Source of the DNA: a virus
Lineage: Duplodnaviria > Heunggongvirae > Uroviricota > Caudoviricetes
Length of the DNA: 64,000 bases
Virus record (IMG/VR): IMGVR_UViG_2595698548_000001
Span: 130,140-194,139 of that record
Direction: 5' to 3' (one strand)
Position 1 is the stretch's first letter. Each line of letters begins with the position of its first letter. Of this stretch, positions 18,402-28,400 are shown piece by piece. The position numbers and the translations under genes are program-made. Under the pieces are notes generated by a model. It was given only the letters and a program-made list of their open reading frames with translations, did no database searches and was not told where the DNA came from.

Positions 18402-21400
18402 ATGGGCTCTCTGTTTACGCTGAACAGCCTCTCTGCCGCAATCGACGCGGCGGTTGAGGAAGCATCGAAGACTCCCTTCAAGCGCGAAATCGATGCCATG
18501 TACGACGCGCTTGGTGCGTCCCTTTCCGGTGATGCTCCAGAGTACGTTTCGCTGGCTGCCGGCGCACCCGACCTGGTGAAGTCTTTGCAGCCGGTCTCTC
18601 TGGACCCTGAGCTGTATAAGGCTTACAACTCCTTCTTCTACAACAAGCGCCGCGCCTTCCTGGTCGAACTGTTCGATCAAGTCGCTGACGTTGCCAACTC
18701 CGTGAACTGCTTCTTCCTGTTCATGCGGGAAATGCTGCAACAAGGCCGCAGCCTGTTCGCAGCCGAATCCAATCGTACCGAATGGGATCGTCGCATTCAG
18801 GAGCTGGCTGAACGTGCTGTCAAGCAGCGCGATATGCTGCGTCAAGGCGACAAGTCGTCGGTCAACGAATCGATGTATCGCCTGCTGGGTGCGATGATGC
18901 ACGGCGACAAGCACTCCATCCGAGCCTCAGAGGTCTACTCTGGCGGTGTCGATGTGATGCTGGCACGCTCCGCGCGTGACAAGGCACTGATGTGCTCCAA
19001 CATCCAGTACGGCTATTTCCTGGCGTCCAATACGTCGCAGTTCGGTTATGAGAATGACCGCATGCAGGCGTTCATGACAGAGACTTCGCTCAAGGTCAAA
19101 GAAGCCGCTCGTGAAATCCTGGAGTACCTGTTCGGCGCCGGCCACGAAGGCAGCAGCTACGAGCCGTACATGAAGTCGCTCCCGCTGACCACGGACTTCA
19201 CCGAAATCCAGCGCATCTTCGAGAAGGTTGTGGGCGTCAAGCTGGGCGTCAACTTCTTCCACAACATCACCTTCGGCACCGACAGCAAGTCCAAGGCTGA
19301 GCAGTTCTGCCGCGCCGTGTTGGTGCTGCACGCAGAGAAGTCGGCCGAAGCTGAACTCTCCAAGCAGTACAGCCGCGAAATCGCTCGCTCCGACATCGGC
19401 CCGGAGGGTTTGCTGTCTGTCGAAGCCCTCGTTAAGCAGCGCGTACAGCAGGACATCACCACGGAAGCCGCCCTGCTCAACCGTGTTGTTGGCTCCACAA
19501 TCGCGTTCACCTTCGACAAGCCCACGGCGCGATTCATCGCACAGGCAGAAGAAACCGAAGACCTCAACTTCGCCAACTTCGACTCCTGGTTCAGTCTGTG
19601 GAGCACGCAGTTCCTGCGCAAGAAGGGCAGCACTGTCTCCAATGACCTCGTCAAAGGTCGTGTCAAGCTCGCCAACATCCCGCGCTACGTGCTGCCTGTG
19701 TCCAAGCTGGCCCAGATCACCAAGGCGCGTCAACGTCTCGGTATGTCTGTCGAGGCTACCCGCGCGAACGAAGACGGTCTGTACATCACGCCCCAGGGCA
19801 CGCTCGCCTATCTGCCGACTGGCGAAGACCGTGACAAGCTGACGGCCATCAACGAGTTCGAGCGTCTGGGTGCTGCTGTGGCCAAGGTCTGCTCCGACTA
19901 CGGCATCAACAACAGCATCCTCGCCGAGAGCTACGAGAAGGTTGCCCAGTACGGCATTCCGCACAGCGTCTACGCTGAGGCAAACGCCAACCTGAAACGC
20001 CTGACTGAGTTCCACGACTCCGTGCTGAGCTACGACTGGGACTACGGTCTGCGTGTCTACGGCTCCGAGCGCCCTGGTCTGGTTCGCTGTGAGGTGCAAA
20101 TCGGCGCGGTGAAGCCTGATACGCTTACCATCGCTGATTACCTAGGCTATAACATGGCCAAGGAAGGTGAGGCGCCGTTGCAGAAGACGTTCGCCGACAG
20201 TCTGATGTTGATGACGCATGACAACCCGATTGCGTCCGACACGCATCCGCGCGACATCTACGGTTCCACCATGGAGCCGGACAAGTTCGTCAAGACCGCC
20301 CAGTTCCGTTCGATCTTCGAGACGTATTTCTTCCACGTCTACAAGGGTGAGCTTCCTGGTCTGCAGGAGCTGGTGAAGCGTGCCATGTCGGAACTCTCCA
20401 TCGAGAAGCTCGACAAGGAAACTCCGCGCGATCAGGGTCCGCTGTACACTGGTCTGATCACCAGTGACGGTACCATGCGCGATGCTGGCCGTAATCAGGA
20501 AACTGACATCGAGCTGGCTGAGCGTCTTCTGGCAGCCACTGCGAACGCCACCAGCGGTAAGAACGGCACTTTCATCGCCCGCGAACTGGGCGAGGATATG
20601 CGCGACGCCTCGTACCAGGAAATGCAAGATGCCATTGCCGAGCACGAAGACTTCTTCGTTGCCGACAAGTCGCCTGCCCACCACTTTGCCCGCCTGTTCA
20701 ACTTCATCGGCGGTAACGTGTTCAAGCAGATTCTCGACGGCATCAACAGCCTGAGCGTCGAGCAACTCACCGATGGCTCTCGCAGCCATGAAGTGGTCGA
20801 GCGTCTGCCATCTGCCGATGGCGGTCAGCCCATGGACGTGAAGCGCACCATCGTGCGTCCGAACTCCAATGAGCTGCTGAACACGGTCAAGCCTATCGCC
20901 ATCATGTTCGGCAAGTACGCGCAGAACTATGAGGCGTTGGAAGCCGAGGCCGAAGAAGCCATCAAGTCTATCGAGTACGATCCGGGCGTCGATGTGGAAG
21001 ACATCCACTTCGCGGGTAGCAAAGAGTCGTTCTCTGTGTTCCCGCACCAGCTGGACACCCATCGGTATCTGCGCAAGCCGCAGCCGCCGAAGTTCGCAGT
21101 GCTCGACATCAGCCCCGGTGGCGGTAAGACCTCGATCGGCCTCGGCGACATGGCTGCCATCGTCAAGGATATGCAGGGCTTGGGCAAGAAGATTCGCCCG
21201 CTGGTTCTCTGCCCTGATGGTCTGATCCGTAACTGGTGTAATGATATGAAGTCGTTCGCCGGTGACACCTGGAACATGATCCCGATTGACAAGAACGTGT
21301 TCAATCGTTGGGGCGCCGAGCGTCTCCAGCAGGTGATCGAACAGGCTCCGCCGAACACGATCGTGGTTGCTGGTCTGAACTTCCTGCGGAACAACCGCAT

Positions 21401-24311
21401 GTCCATCGTTATCGGCAACGCCGTAATGAACGTGGGCACCAACCTGGAGTTCATCAAGGCATTCAAGTTCAACTACATCATCATCGACGAAAGCCACAAG
21501 CTCAAGGGCATCAACACCGCCAAGCACAAGGTCACGAAGCAGCTCACCACTGCGTCGTTCGTGGAGTACCTGCGCATCGCAACTGGTACCCTGATCGCCG
21601 ACCGTGTGCGTGACATCGAAGGTCAAACGGCTCTGTACTCGCCGCACATCTTCCGTCAGGGCGAACTGTCCAGCAGCACGGTCACGCAGTCGCTGAACGA
21701 CGAGCTGAAACTCGGTGACGAAACCGTCCAGTTGTGGAAGGTGAACACGCCGCAACGCGCACGGCAACGTCTGTCGCGCTACGCCGCAGTCATCACCAAG
21801 AAGAAGAAAGAGTGGGCCTTCATGCTGCCCTCCCCGATCGAAAACTTCTATGGTATCAAGTTCGTCAACGAGGAAGGTACCGAGCAGGAGATTCGTGAAG
21901 GCGAACTGCACCGCCAGCTCTATGATCTGGTAGTGGACGAGTCCGTACAGGCCCTGCAGCAGTTGCTGTCGAAGGCCAAGGGCCGTGCTGCTGGTGAAGA
22001 TGATGACGACGATGACGATGGTGACGGTGACGAAGACGCCGAAGGCAACGAAATCGACTTCGAGATGGACGAAGGGGATGAACTGGCTGCTCTCAGCCAA
22101 GCAGACCTCGACGCCTACCTGCAGCGGATCGAGCGCCTGATCATCGCACCCGAGTACGACCCTCTGTTCGAGCAGGTCTTCGGTGCGTACGGCATCAAGA
22201 GCTACACGTCGCGGAAAGCGAAGTTCATCGCCAATCTGGTTGATCGCCATTTCAATCCCAAGGAGTGGAGTAAGGGCGAAGTGTACACCGAGTACGATCT
22301 GGTAACCTTCGAAGGTGACCTGTATCTGGCTCGTAAGTACAACAAGGAATCGACCACTCGCGACCAACTGCCGCGCGATACCATCGGCAAGGACCCGAAG
22401 TCCAACCCGTCGATCTGGAAGAAAGAGCCTGAGGGCAAGGTCATCATCTTCTGCCGCTACACCAACTCGGTGAACGCGGTGTACAACGCGCTCGCGCCGA
22501 AGTACCAGAAGATGGCGGTCAAGTTCACCGGCGAAGAAGTGGACAAGTGGTCGAACCTGGATGCGTTCATCAGTGACCCGAACGTCAAGATCATCGTTGC
22601 CAACGAAATGGGTCTGTCGGAAGGTCACAACCTGCAGATGGCCTCGCGCATGATTCGCGTGGAGTCTCCGTGGGGTCCGGGTGAACTCGACCAGTCGGCT
22701 TCGCGTATCTTCCGTCCTGATCCGAAGGGTGCGGCTGCTGGTGAAATCTACCGTGAAGTCGTGTTCCTGGACTGGGTGCTCGCGGACAACTCGATGGAGG
22801 TGGCTAAGCAAGGTCGCTTGATCGCCAAAATCTTCAACAAGACCCGCTTTGACGAGGCCGAGAACCCGCGCTACGCCGACGTGTTGGCACACAACATGCT
22901 GGAAGAAGTCAGCATGTCCTTGGCGACTCTGCAGGAGCGTCCGAGCCTGTATGACTACGACGAGTATATCTCGGCGTACAGCCAGCTCAACGGCATCCAG
23001 CGTGCCGAGTTCACGCACATGCGGGCGACCATGCCTACCTCGATGCTTGAGGTTCCGCAGACCCCTGTTGTTGATGGGGCGCGGTCGATCAACACTCCGT
23101 TCGTTTCGTCTCAGGACATTCCTGACCCGAACGGCTGGAAGCCTGTTGTGTTGAAGAAGGTGCTGCGTGCGGAAGACGGCAAGCAGTATGTCGAAGACCC
23201 GGATCGTCTCGTTGGGCAGCCGGTTATTACCGACCGCGGCAACGGCATGATCGTCAGTGTCAAGACCCGCTACGTTGGTCTGGCGAAAGACGGTGTGGTC
23301 AACAAAGACCGTCCGATCAGCTCCGTGTTGGTCAAGCTGAAAGGCAGCAACGAAATCATCAGCATTGGTGACATGGGCCTGCTGTTCATGCCTACTGCTG
23401 CCAGCTCGAAGGTGATCCAGAAAGAGTTTGCTGTCGATCTGGCCTACCGCAAGGCGGACATCAAGAAGCAGGAACGCTTGCAGCGCGATCAGGAGCTTCT
23501 GGAAGAGCAGGAAGAGAAGGAACGTGTGCGTCGGGAACGTCGCAGCACTCGCCAGGCTCGCGTGCGTACAACTTCCATCGATGCCGGTGAAAAGCGTAAA
23601 CGCAACATCAAGGAAGGTAAGCCTGTTAACCAGGGTGTGACCTACACTCCGAACTTGAAGATTCCGACTTCGGTGAAGCCGGACGCAGCAGAAGTTGAGG
23701 CAACTCCACTGGTGCTGTCGCCTGCTTACTACCACGGGTATCTGACGCTCGAATCCGACAACATCGACTACGCCAAGGCGTTGAAGAAGCACGGGTTCAA
23801 GCAGATCGGGGAGTACGCTTTCATCGTAGTGTCGCGCCGTAATCAGGCGAACGCTGTGATGGACTACATCGAGGAGAAGTTCCACCTGTCCGATCAAACG
23901 GCCAACCGCCTCGGTGAAGTGTTCGCTGCCTTTGAGAAGGGCAAGCGTGGTTTGTACAATCTGGAGCTCCTGCCTCAGAACACGCTGCCGCACTTCTTCC
24001 AAGTCAGCAAGCGCATGGTAACCGATCGGAAAGAGGCTCGTTTCTTCCCGTTCTTCATGGATGACAAGCTGATGATTGCTGTGGACGTTGCTACGTCGCC
24101 GATCATCAAGCGCCATATCGGCAAGGAGATTCCGGGTGCAAATACCAAGTGGCAACTGTCACCTGGTGCTCTGGTGTGCTTCCTGCAGAACAAGGCTGCC
24201 ATGAACAGCAAGGTCAAGGAGCTGAAAGACGCTGGCTTCACCATCGCATCGCCTGACGTGCTCAAGAAGGAGATTGCTGCAATCAACTTCAAGGCATCGA
24301 AGAAGAAGTGA
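18402..24311 (+). CDS. large SNF2/SWI2-family SF2 ATPase
   Basis: Motif I DISPGGGKT, II IIDESH, III ATGT, IV IIFCRY, V SEGHNLQ, VI QSASRIFR; about 900-aa N-terminal extension; internal acidic tract. Confidence 0.88.
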   Translation: MGSLFTLNSLSAAIDAAVEEASKTPFKREIDAMYDALGASLSGDAPEYVSLAAGAPDLVKSLQPVSLDPELYKAYNSFFYNKRRAFLVELFDQVADVANSVNCFFLFMREMLQQGRSLFAAESNRTEWDRRIQELAERAVKQRDMLRQGDKSSVNESMYRLLGAMMHGDKHSIRASEVYSGGVDVMLARSARDKALMCSNIQYGYFLASNTSQFGYENDRMQAFMTETSLKVKEAAREILEYLFGAGHEGSSYEPYMKSLPLTTDFTEIQRIFEKVVGVKLGVNFFHNITFGTDSKSKAEQFCRAVLVLHAEKSAEAELSKQYSREIARSDIGPEGLLSVEALVKQRVQQDITTEAALLNRVVGSTIAFTFDKPTARFIAQAEETEDLNFANFDSWFSLWSTQFLRKKGSTVSNDLVKGRVKLANIPRYVLPVSKLAQITKARQRLGMSVEATRANEDGLYITPQGTLAYLPTGEDRDKLTAINEFERLGAAVAKVCSDYGINNSILAESYEKVAQYGIPHSVYAEANANLKRLTEFHDSVLSYDWDYGLRVYGSERPGLVRCEVQIGAVKPDTLTIADYLGYNMAKEGEAPLQKTFADSLMLMTHDNPIASDTHPRDIYGSTMEPDKFVKTAQFRSIFETYFFHVYKGELPGLQELVKRAMSELSIEKLDKETPRDQGPLYTGLITSDGTMRDAGRNQETDIELAERLLAATANATSGKNGTFIARELGEDMRDASYQEMQDAIAEHEDFFVADKSPAHHFARLFNFIGGNVFKQILDGINSLSVEQLTDGSRSHEVVERLPSADGGQPMDVKRTIVRPNSNELLNTVKPIAIMFGKYAQNYEALEAEAEEAIKSIEYDPGVDVEDIHFAGSKESFSVFPHQLDTHRYLRKPQPPKFAVLDISPGGGKTSIGLGDMAAIVKDMQGLGKKIRPLVLCPDGLIRNWCNDMKSFAGDTWNMIPIDKNVFNRWGAERLQQVIEQAPPNTIVVAGLNFLRNNRMSIVIGNAVMNVGTNLEFIKAFKFNYIIIDESHKLKGINTAKHKVTKQLTTASFVEYLRIATGTLIADRVRDIEGQTALYSPHIFRQGELSSSTVTQSLNDELKLGDETVQLWKVNTPQRARQRLSRYAAVITKKKKEWAFMLPSPIENFYGIKFVNEEGTEQEIREGELHRQLYDLVVDESVQALQQLLSKAKGRAAGEDDDDDDDGDGDEDAEGNEIDFEMDEGDELAALSQADLDAYLQRIERLIIAPEYDPLFEQVFGAYGIKSYTSRKAKFIANLVDRHFNPKEWSKGEVYTEYDLVTFEGDLYLARKYNKESTTRDQLPRDTIGKDPKSNPSIWKKEPEGKVIIFCRYTNSVNAVYNALAPKYQKMAVKFTGEEVDKWSNLDAFISDPNVKIIVANEMGLSEGHNLQMASRMIRVESPWGPGELDQSASRIFRPDPKGAAAGEIYREVVFLDWVLADNSMEVAKQGRLIAKIFNKTRFDEAENPRYADVLAHNMLEEVSMSLATLQERPSLYDYDEYISAYSQLNGIQRAEFTHMRATMPTSMLEVPQTPVVDGARSINTPFVSSQDIPDPNGWKPVVLKKVLRAEDGKQYVEDPDRLVGQPVITDRGNGMIVSVKTRYVGLAKDGVVNKDRPISSVLVKLKGSNEIISIGDMGLLFMPTAASSKVIQKEFAVDLAYRKADIKKQERLQRDQELLEEQEEKERVRRERRSTRQARVRTTSIDAGEKRKRNIKEGKPVNQGVTYTPNLKIPTSVKPDAAEVEATPLVLSPAYYHGYLTLESDNIDYAKALKKHGFKQIGEYAFIVVSRRNQANAVMDYIEEKFHLSDQTANRLGEVFAAFEKGKRGLYNLELLPQNTLPHFFQVSKRMVTDRKEARFFPFFMDDKLMIAVDVATSPIIKRHIGKEIPGANTKWQLSPGALVCFLQNKAAMNSKVKELKDAGFTIASPDVLKKEIAAINFKASKKK

Positions 24312-24318
24312 TCCACAG

Positions 24319-24338
24319 GTGGGGAGGAAACTCCCCAC
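24319..24338 (+). terminator. GC-rich hairpin after the SNF2 gene (weak terminator or processing/stability element)
   Basis: gtggggag-gaaa-ctccccac, GNRA loop, poor T tract. Confidence 0.5.
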
Positions 24339-24359
24339 TTCCTCAACGAGGGAATCTGA

Positions 24360-24872
24360 ATGCAAACCAGTAAAGAGAAACTGATGGCGCAGCAATTGGT
24401 GCTGTTCCATCTGGGCTTCTACAAAGGCCTGATCGATGGCATTTGGTCGACCGCCACCATCACAGCCAAGAAGAAATTCGAGGCCGACATGAGCTTCTTG
24501 CCTGCCTATCCGAATCAAGGACTGCCCTTCGGTGAGCGCGACAAGTTGCCCAAGAACATGTACTACGCCAACGGTCTCATCAAGCACCGTGAGCTGACGC
24601 CTGAACGCGAGAAGGAAATCATGGACGCCATGAAGGCGCGCATGGGTGCTGCCACGCGGGAAGAGCCGAAGGTCGAAGTCGGTATTACTGAGATCGACGG
24701 GGCAGGTCTCGTGGGTCCTGCCGGTGAAGCTGGTCAACCCGGCCCAGACTATCCAGCAGACGGACAGCCCAACGCGTTGGCTGGTGCTGCAGGGCAGGAA
24801 CAGAAGCCTGCACACCAGCAACAGGGCAAGCCACATCATCACGGCCATCGGCCCAAAGATCAACGGCGGTGA
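24360..24872 (+). CDS. protein with N-terminal peptidoglycan-binding-like domain and low-complexity tail
   Basis: QLVLFHLGFYKGLIDGIWSTATITAKKKFE resembles PG_binding_1; GPAGEAGQPGP and Q/H-rich C-terminus. Confidence 0.6.
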   Translation: MQTSKEKLMAQQLVLFHLGFYKGLIDGIWSTATITAKKKFEADMSFLPAYPNQGLPFGERDKLPKNMYYANGLIKHRELTPEREKEIMDAMKARMGAATREEPKVEVGITEIDGAGLVGPAGEAGQPGPDYPADGQPNALAGAAGQEQKPAHQQQGKPHHHGHRPKDQRR

Positions 24873-24875
24873 CCT

Positions 24876-25385
24876 ATGAAGCATCCGGCTAAGCTCACTT
24901 ACGCCGCGCTGCGACTCAATGGTGCCACCCGCCGCTACCTGTTCTGCACAACCCAAGAGAAGCCACACTTCGGTGACGAGTCTTTCGACTTCTTGGCGTA
25001 CTTCGGGTTTGGTAGTGGTGAGTTTGAGGGCATGCACCCGCCCGAGTACGACAAGCTGCGCGTTCGCGTTGTTCAACTGCCGTCGTCTGATGTCGAGTAC
25101 AACCTGGCCTTCATCGCCAAAACGATGAGCCAGCCGACAGACGAGTTTCGTGGCTTCTACACGGAAGACGGCACTACGTTTCACATGCTCATGCCCGATC
25201 CCGATGGTGTGTCCCTGACTCATCTTTCGGCGTTCAACTGGCATTACTACACCGCAATCGGCGGCGACCAGCATACTGCGTTCTCGCACATCAAAGCGAT
25301 GAACCGCAAGCATGTGCTGTTCGAGACCTACGCGGAGCAAAGTCGCTTGCTGCTCGGCTACAGCGAACTCGCCCGTGTGATCTGA
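24876..25385 (+). CDS. hypothetical protein
   Basis: 169-aa ORF ending before a terminator. Confidence 0.7.
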   Translation: MKHPAKLTYAALRLNGATRRYLFCTTQEKPHFGDESFDFLAYFGFGSGEFEGMHPPEYDKLRVRVVQLPSSDVEYNLAFIAKTMSQPTDEFRGFYTEDGTTFHMLMPDPDGVSLTHLSAFNWHYYTAIGGDQHTAFSHIKAMNRKHVLFETYAEQSRLLLGYSELARVI

Positions 25386-25389
25386 CTAT

Positions 25390-25418
25390 AGGCGGCCTTC
25401 GGGTCGCCTTTTCTTTTT
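25390..25418 (+). terminator. intrinsic terminator
   Basis: aggcggcc-TTCG-ggtcgcct plus T tract (UUCG tetraloop). Confidence 0.9.
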
Positions 25419-25426
25419 CCGCAAAC

Positions 25427-25432
25427 TGTAAA
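25427..25432 (+). promoter_or_regulatory. candidate early/middle promoter motif TGTAAA
   Basis: Between the terminator and polA. Confidence 0.35.
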
Positions 25433-25464
25433 TGCTATCCAGACATGGATTAGAGGTGTTTGGT

Positions 25465-28400
25465 ATGCCTAAGTGCGATCATGTCGAGTTGGACTACAAA
25501 TACTCCAAGAAGTTTCGCAGAGTCGAGAACAACTTCGGGTATGTCCGCTTGGCCAAATCGGTAGTCAAGAAGCCCAAGGGCAAGATTCTGTTTGTGTTGG
25601 ACTACGTTCCGACCGAAGACCTGCGCAGTGGCCGTATGCTCAGCGGTGCCACTGGCCAACTGTTCGATAACGTCATCAAAGTAGCCGAGCAGTATTACAA
25701 CAGCGACCACGAACTCGCCGATTATTCGTGGCTGGCAATATCGTTCCACGCGTTCAAGACGGCAGGCCAACCCGAGCAGTTTCGCTCTGACGCCAAGCTG
25801 GAGTTTGCGGAGCGCCTGAATTTCATCATCACCGAATACAAGCCAGATGTCGTAGTGACCTTCGGACAAGACCCGTACAAGGCACTGAACGGCGAGTTGA
25901 TTGCCTCGAAGTACCGCGACCGAAAGGGTATCCACTACGAGCACTTCTACGGCGTACCAATCGAGACGACCGTAAGCAAGGGTGAGAAGTCGCACACGTT
26001 CAAGCACGTTCCGACGCTCAGCCTGAACACCCTGGTAAACGCCAGCGGCAAAGGCGAGCCAATGTACCTCGCTGGGTATGTTGCGCGTAACCTGATGACT
26101 GCGCTGTATGGCGGCGAGTTGCGGTACAAGATTCCTGAGTTGAAGTACAAGGTCAGGCTGGTCGACACTATCGACAAGTTTGACGAAATGCTCGACACGA
26201 TCACCGAAGCCAAGGAAGTGGCAATCGACACGGAGACCAAGAACCTCATGCGGATCACAAACCGCATGTTGACGATTCAGTTTGCCGTGGATGAAAAGGC
26301 TGCGTACATTCTGCCCATCGGACACAAGGACAGTCCTTGGTTGCCCGACGAGTTGAAGTACATCAAGAAGAAGTTGCGCCTGTACTTCGAGCGCAAGAAC
26401 AAGAACAAGCAGCACATCTACGCCAACGCCGTGTTCGACCTGAACAGGATTCGCGTGGACCTTGGAGTTCGCCATTTCAAGAATGCTGTCTGGGACGTGT
26501 TCGCTGGTGAGTTCGGGCACGACGAAAACATGAAGGTGTTGGAGGGTATCACTGGCGGTACCTACTACACCCTGCTCAACATTTGTATGCAGTACGGTTG
26601 TACCGCGTACTACGAGTCCGACTTCGGTAAGGACAAGCGGGCAACCATCGAACAGGCCGACTTGGATAAGTCCCTGCTCAATTACTGCGCACTGGACGTC
26701 GTTACGCTCATCCACATCAAGCGCCTGCAGATTCAGCGCGGTAAGGACTACGGCTACAAGAAGTACCAGAGCATCGTGAAAGAGCAGATCAGTGATATGC
26801 TCCACGTGTTCTCGTGCCTTGAGGTCAACGGGTGCAAGACGGACATCAACTGGCTGTTCTACCTGAAGTCCAAAGACAGCCCGATCTTGAAGCACCGTGC
26901 CGACGTCATCAAGGCACTCAACGAGACCAAGGGCGTACAGCGCGCCAACGCCAAGATGTCGAAGCAGTCTGGCGCGCCGCAACTCGGCCTGTTTGGAAAG
27001 ACCAAGCTCAACATCTTCGACATCGGCAAGAAGGCACACTTGAACATGCTCATGTTCGACGTGCTCAAGCTCAAGCCGCTGTCTACGGGTAAGGGCGGTC
27101 AGGGCAACATCGACAAGGACTTCCAGAAGAAGTATGCGGACATACCGGAAGTGGCTCTGTACAACGAGCTACAGAAGGTCAAGAAAATCTACAACAGCTA
27201 TGTCAAGGCGTTTGTCAAGCAATGGGGTTCCGACTCCGACATGCGCTCCGACTCCTGCATTCGTCCGTTCTTCCAGTTCCGAGACGTGGTAACAGGCCGT
27301 ACCTCGGCGAAGAAACCATCGCTGCACCAAATCCCAAGCAGAAACGAAATCACGGAGTTCATCAAGAAGATGTTCCCCGGCCGTGCCGACTTGGGTAAGA
27401 TCATCAAGCGCCTGTTCATTGCGGACAAGGGTCGCCTGATCTTGAAGATCGACTATGCGGCACACGAAGTTCGTGGTTGGTCGATCATCACTGGTGACCA
27501 AGAAGTGGCAGACCTGTTCTGGCACGGCTTGCGTATGCGTAACCAGTACAAGCTCTACCCAACGGAAGAGCTGGCGAAAAAGATTGACATGGAAGGTGAC
27601 GTCCATAAGATCAACGCCGCGTACTTCTTCGGTATGAAGATCGAGGACGTAGATAAGCCGAAGCGTAACAGCGTTAAGCAGGTAATCTTCGGTCTGATTT
27701 ACCAGCAGGGCATGGAGGGTGTTGCCAAGTCCACAGGGCAAACCCTTGAGGCGATCAAGTCTCTGGTCAAGGCGTTCTTCAAGCGCTTCCCGATCGGTGC
27801 TGGCTGGTTCGACAAGATCAAGGAGAAAGCTGCCAAGCAGTTGTATGTCGAATCGCCCCTGGGCCGTCGCCGTAACCTGTGGGCATTCCTGATCCCGAAA
27901 GATGCCAAGTCGTTCGAGGGTGTCTACGCTGCCACTGGCCGTCGTGCTGTGAACTCGCCAATTCAGGGCATGGGTTCTGACTTCCTGGTGTCTGGCGCTC
28001 GGGAAATCGAGAACATGAAGTATGCCCACTACCGCGAGACTGGCCACTACCCGGACTTCTACATGTGCAACTCTGTACACGACTCCTTGGAGTTTAGCGT
28101 TGCGTATGAGGACGTTTGGCTTGCGATTCGGATGATCGAACACGGCCTGACTTACGGCGTCATGAGTGTCATGGAGAAACGTCATGGTCTGCGCTTCCCA
28201 GTGCCGCTGGAAATCGACTTTGAAATCGGCGCCAACATCCGTGACTGCAAAGGCTGGGATTACAGCCTTGCCAATCTGGATGAGTTGATCGAAAAAGCTC
28301 TGGTACAGCAGCGCGATGAATTCGGCTACGAAGTGGACGTTGAGAAGACACTCAAGCAGATCACCCGTGGTCAGTACGAGCACATGCCTGACTGGGCCAA

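Noticed and set aside
21994-22040. (GAT/GAC)n microsatellite as a phase-variation tract
   Set aside because: Trinucleotide, in frame and impure; it simply encodes the acidic tract.
20142-24155. Very long antisense ORFs (also 37369..40674, 40837..44202, 14274..16118, 60514..62586 and others)
   Set aside because: They are shadow frames of strongly C/G-ending codon-biased + strand genes, with no RBS or motifs and full overlap with recognisable genes.
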